From assembly GCA_963787835.1 (NCBI GenBank), contig CAWBEI010000005.1:256001-320000 (forward strand): a stretch of 64,000 bases of DNA, given 5' to 3'. Each line of letters starts with the position of its first letter. The stretch's first letter is position 1. The position numbers and the translations under genes were made by a program. Shown here in pieces: positions 62,842 to 64,000 of the stretch. The notes beneath the pieces are model-generated. The model searched no databases, had not been told where the DNA came from, and was given only the letters and a program-made list of their open reading frames with translations. Origin of the DNA: Ignavibacteriota bacterium (GTDB taxonomy: Bacteria > Bacteroidota > Ignavibacteria > Palsa-1295).

Positions 62842-64000
62842 TTCATACTTCATACTTCACATATCGCCCGCCGGCCCTGGATAGCACTCGCGTTGTGCGG
62901 CCTGATCTATTCGCCCTCGTTATTCTGGTCTTTAGGGCTGGATCAGAATATCTTTGCCGAGATCGGTTCATTGCTGCTGCAATGCAAGAAGCTATACGTC
63001 GATGCGTGGGATGTCAAGCCCCCGAATATTTTCTATGTCTATGCTTTCTTCGAATGGATATTCGGTCAGCATGAATTTGCGGTGCGAGTATCGGATTATG
63101 TGTTTTCTCTTATAGCCTGCGTCGCCATTTTCGTGGCGACCGAACGTCAAAGTTCTCCAATCGCAATTAATGGAAGGGGATGGGCAGCACCATTAGCCGC
63201 TGTGTTGCTTGCCCTCACACTGCTTTCGCTTGGACTTGCGGATACTGCGCAGACGGAATCGTATTCGCTTGCTTTCATGCTTGCCGCTGTTGCAATCTCG
63301 TTTGCAAAGATGGGAGATAAGCGTTACCGATTATTTGTGGCGGGCGCGCTCATCGGCATTGCAACATTCTTTAAGACGACGAATGCTATTTTTCTTATTC
63401 CCATAACGGTTGAACTGTTTTTCAGAGATCGAAAGCATTTCGTTCGGTCTCTGTTGCTTTTCTTTTTGGGATTTATTATTTGGTGTGGACTTCAACTTGG
63501 GATCTTAGCGATCGAAGGAAGTCTCGGGGAGTATCTGCAAATTACGTACCGTGTACTTACCCATCATTCGAATGAAGTGTCTGATTTAGGTACTTGGAGT
63601 GTGTTCAGAGCAATATGGCTCTATGTGGACCTATGGAGCATCTTGGTGATCGTTGCGATTGTTGTTGCTCTGATCAGGCGTGACAGTGCATTCCTTCGAA
63701 CAGTGCGAATGCCACTACTCTTGCTATGCGCGGGAGTTGCGGCGGTTATCGTTCAGAACAAGGGGTGGGGCTATCAGTATGTGGTGTTACTGCCGGGTCT
63801 GATTCCGATATGCGCGATTGCTGGAATTTATCTTTACGATCGAATCAAAGAGAGAAGCCGTTGGACGGCTGTCATCTGCGCCATTTTTATATTGATTCAC
63901 ACGCTGGCGTTGTCCCCCAGTGCCCGGCGCCGCATTCACAATATTTCGGATGCGATGCTTTCGATTCGCGATCATCCGGTGTATGTGGGAACACTCGGTT
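62842..64000 (+). CDS. GT-C-like membrane glycosyltransferase; start uncertain, runs off the window (absent from the ORF track)
   Basis: Open frame GLDQNIFAEIG...LYVDAWDVKPP...AQTESY with many TM helices. Confidence 0.8.

Overview
This is a 64 kb chromosomal window from an FCB-group bacterium, probably related to Bacteroidota/Ignavibacteria/Kapabacteria. That placement is an inference from T9SS-type C-terminal sorting domains, TAnnTTTG-like promoter boxes, bshA and a GWxTD protein. Most of the window is housekeeping genes: cysS, gcvT, bshA, a DEAD-box helicase, YifB/ComM, a peroxiredoxin, tRNA-Ala and tRNA-Asp, rne/rng, purA, carA, FKBP, rsgA and a cobalamin-riboswitch btuB operon. Several REP-like palindrome families and heptamer repeats are scattered throughout. 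The main leads are: (1) a candidate ncRNA after rne made of six GNRA-capped hairpins, whose 12-mer module recurs in two mRNA leaders; (2) an ~800-nt heavily base-paired region upstream of rne; (3) an AT-rich gene pair encoding a phage-prohead-protease-like protein and an RxxxxH (HEPN-like) protein, next to a decayed methylase-nuclease gene interrupted by a Y1 transposase remnant; (4) a three-gene toxin/immunity-like operon whose ECF-type promoter spacer is a G13 tract; (5) a stand-alone C-terminal half of ClpB. All homology calls are from motif recognition by eye and all RNA folds were done by hand; no searches were run. Three single-base gene disruptions may be assembly errors.
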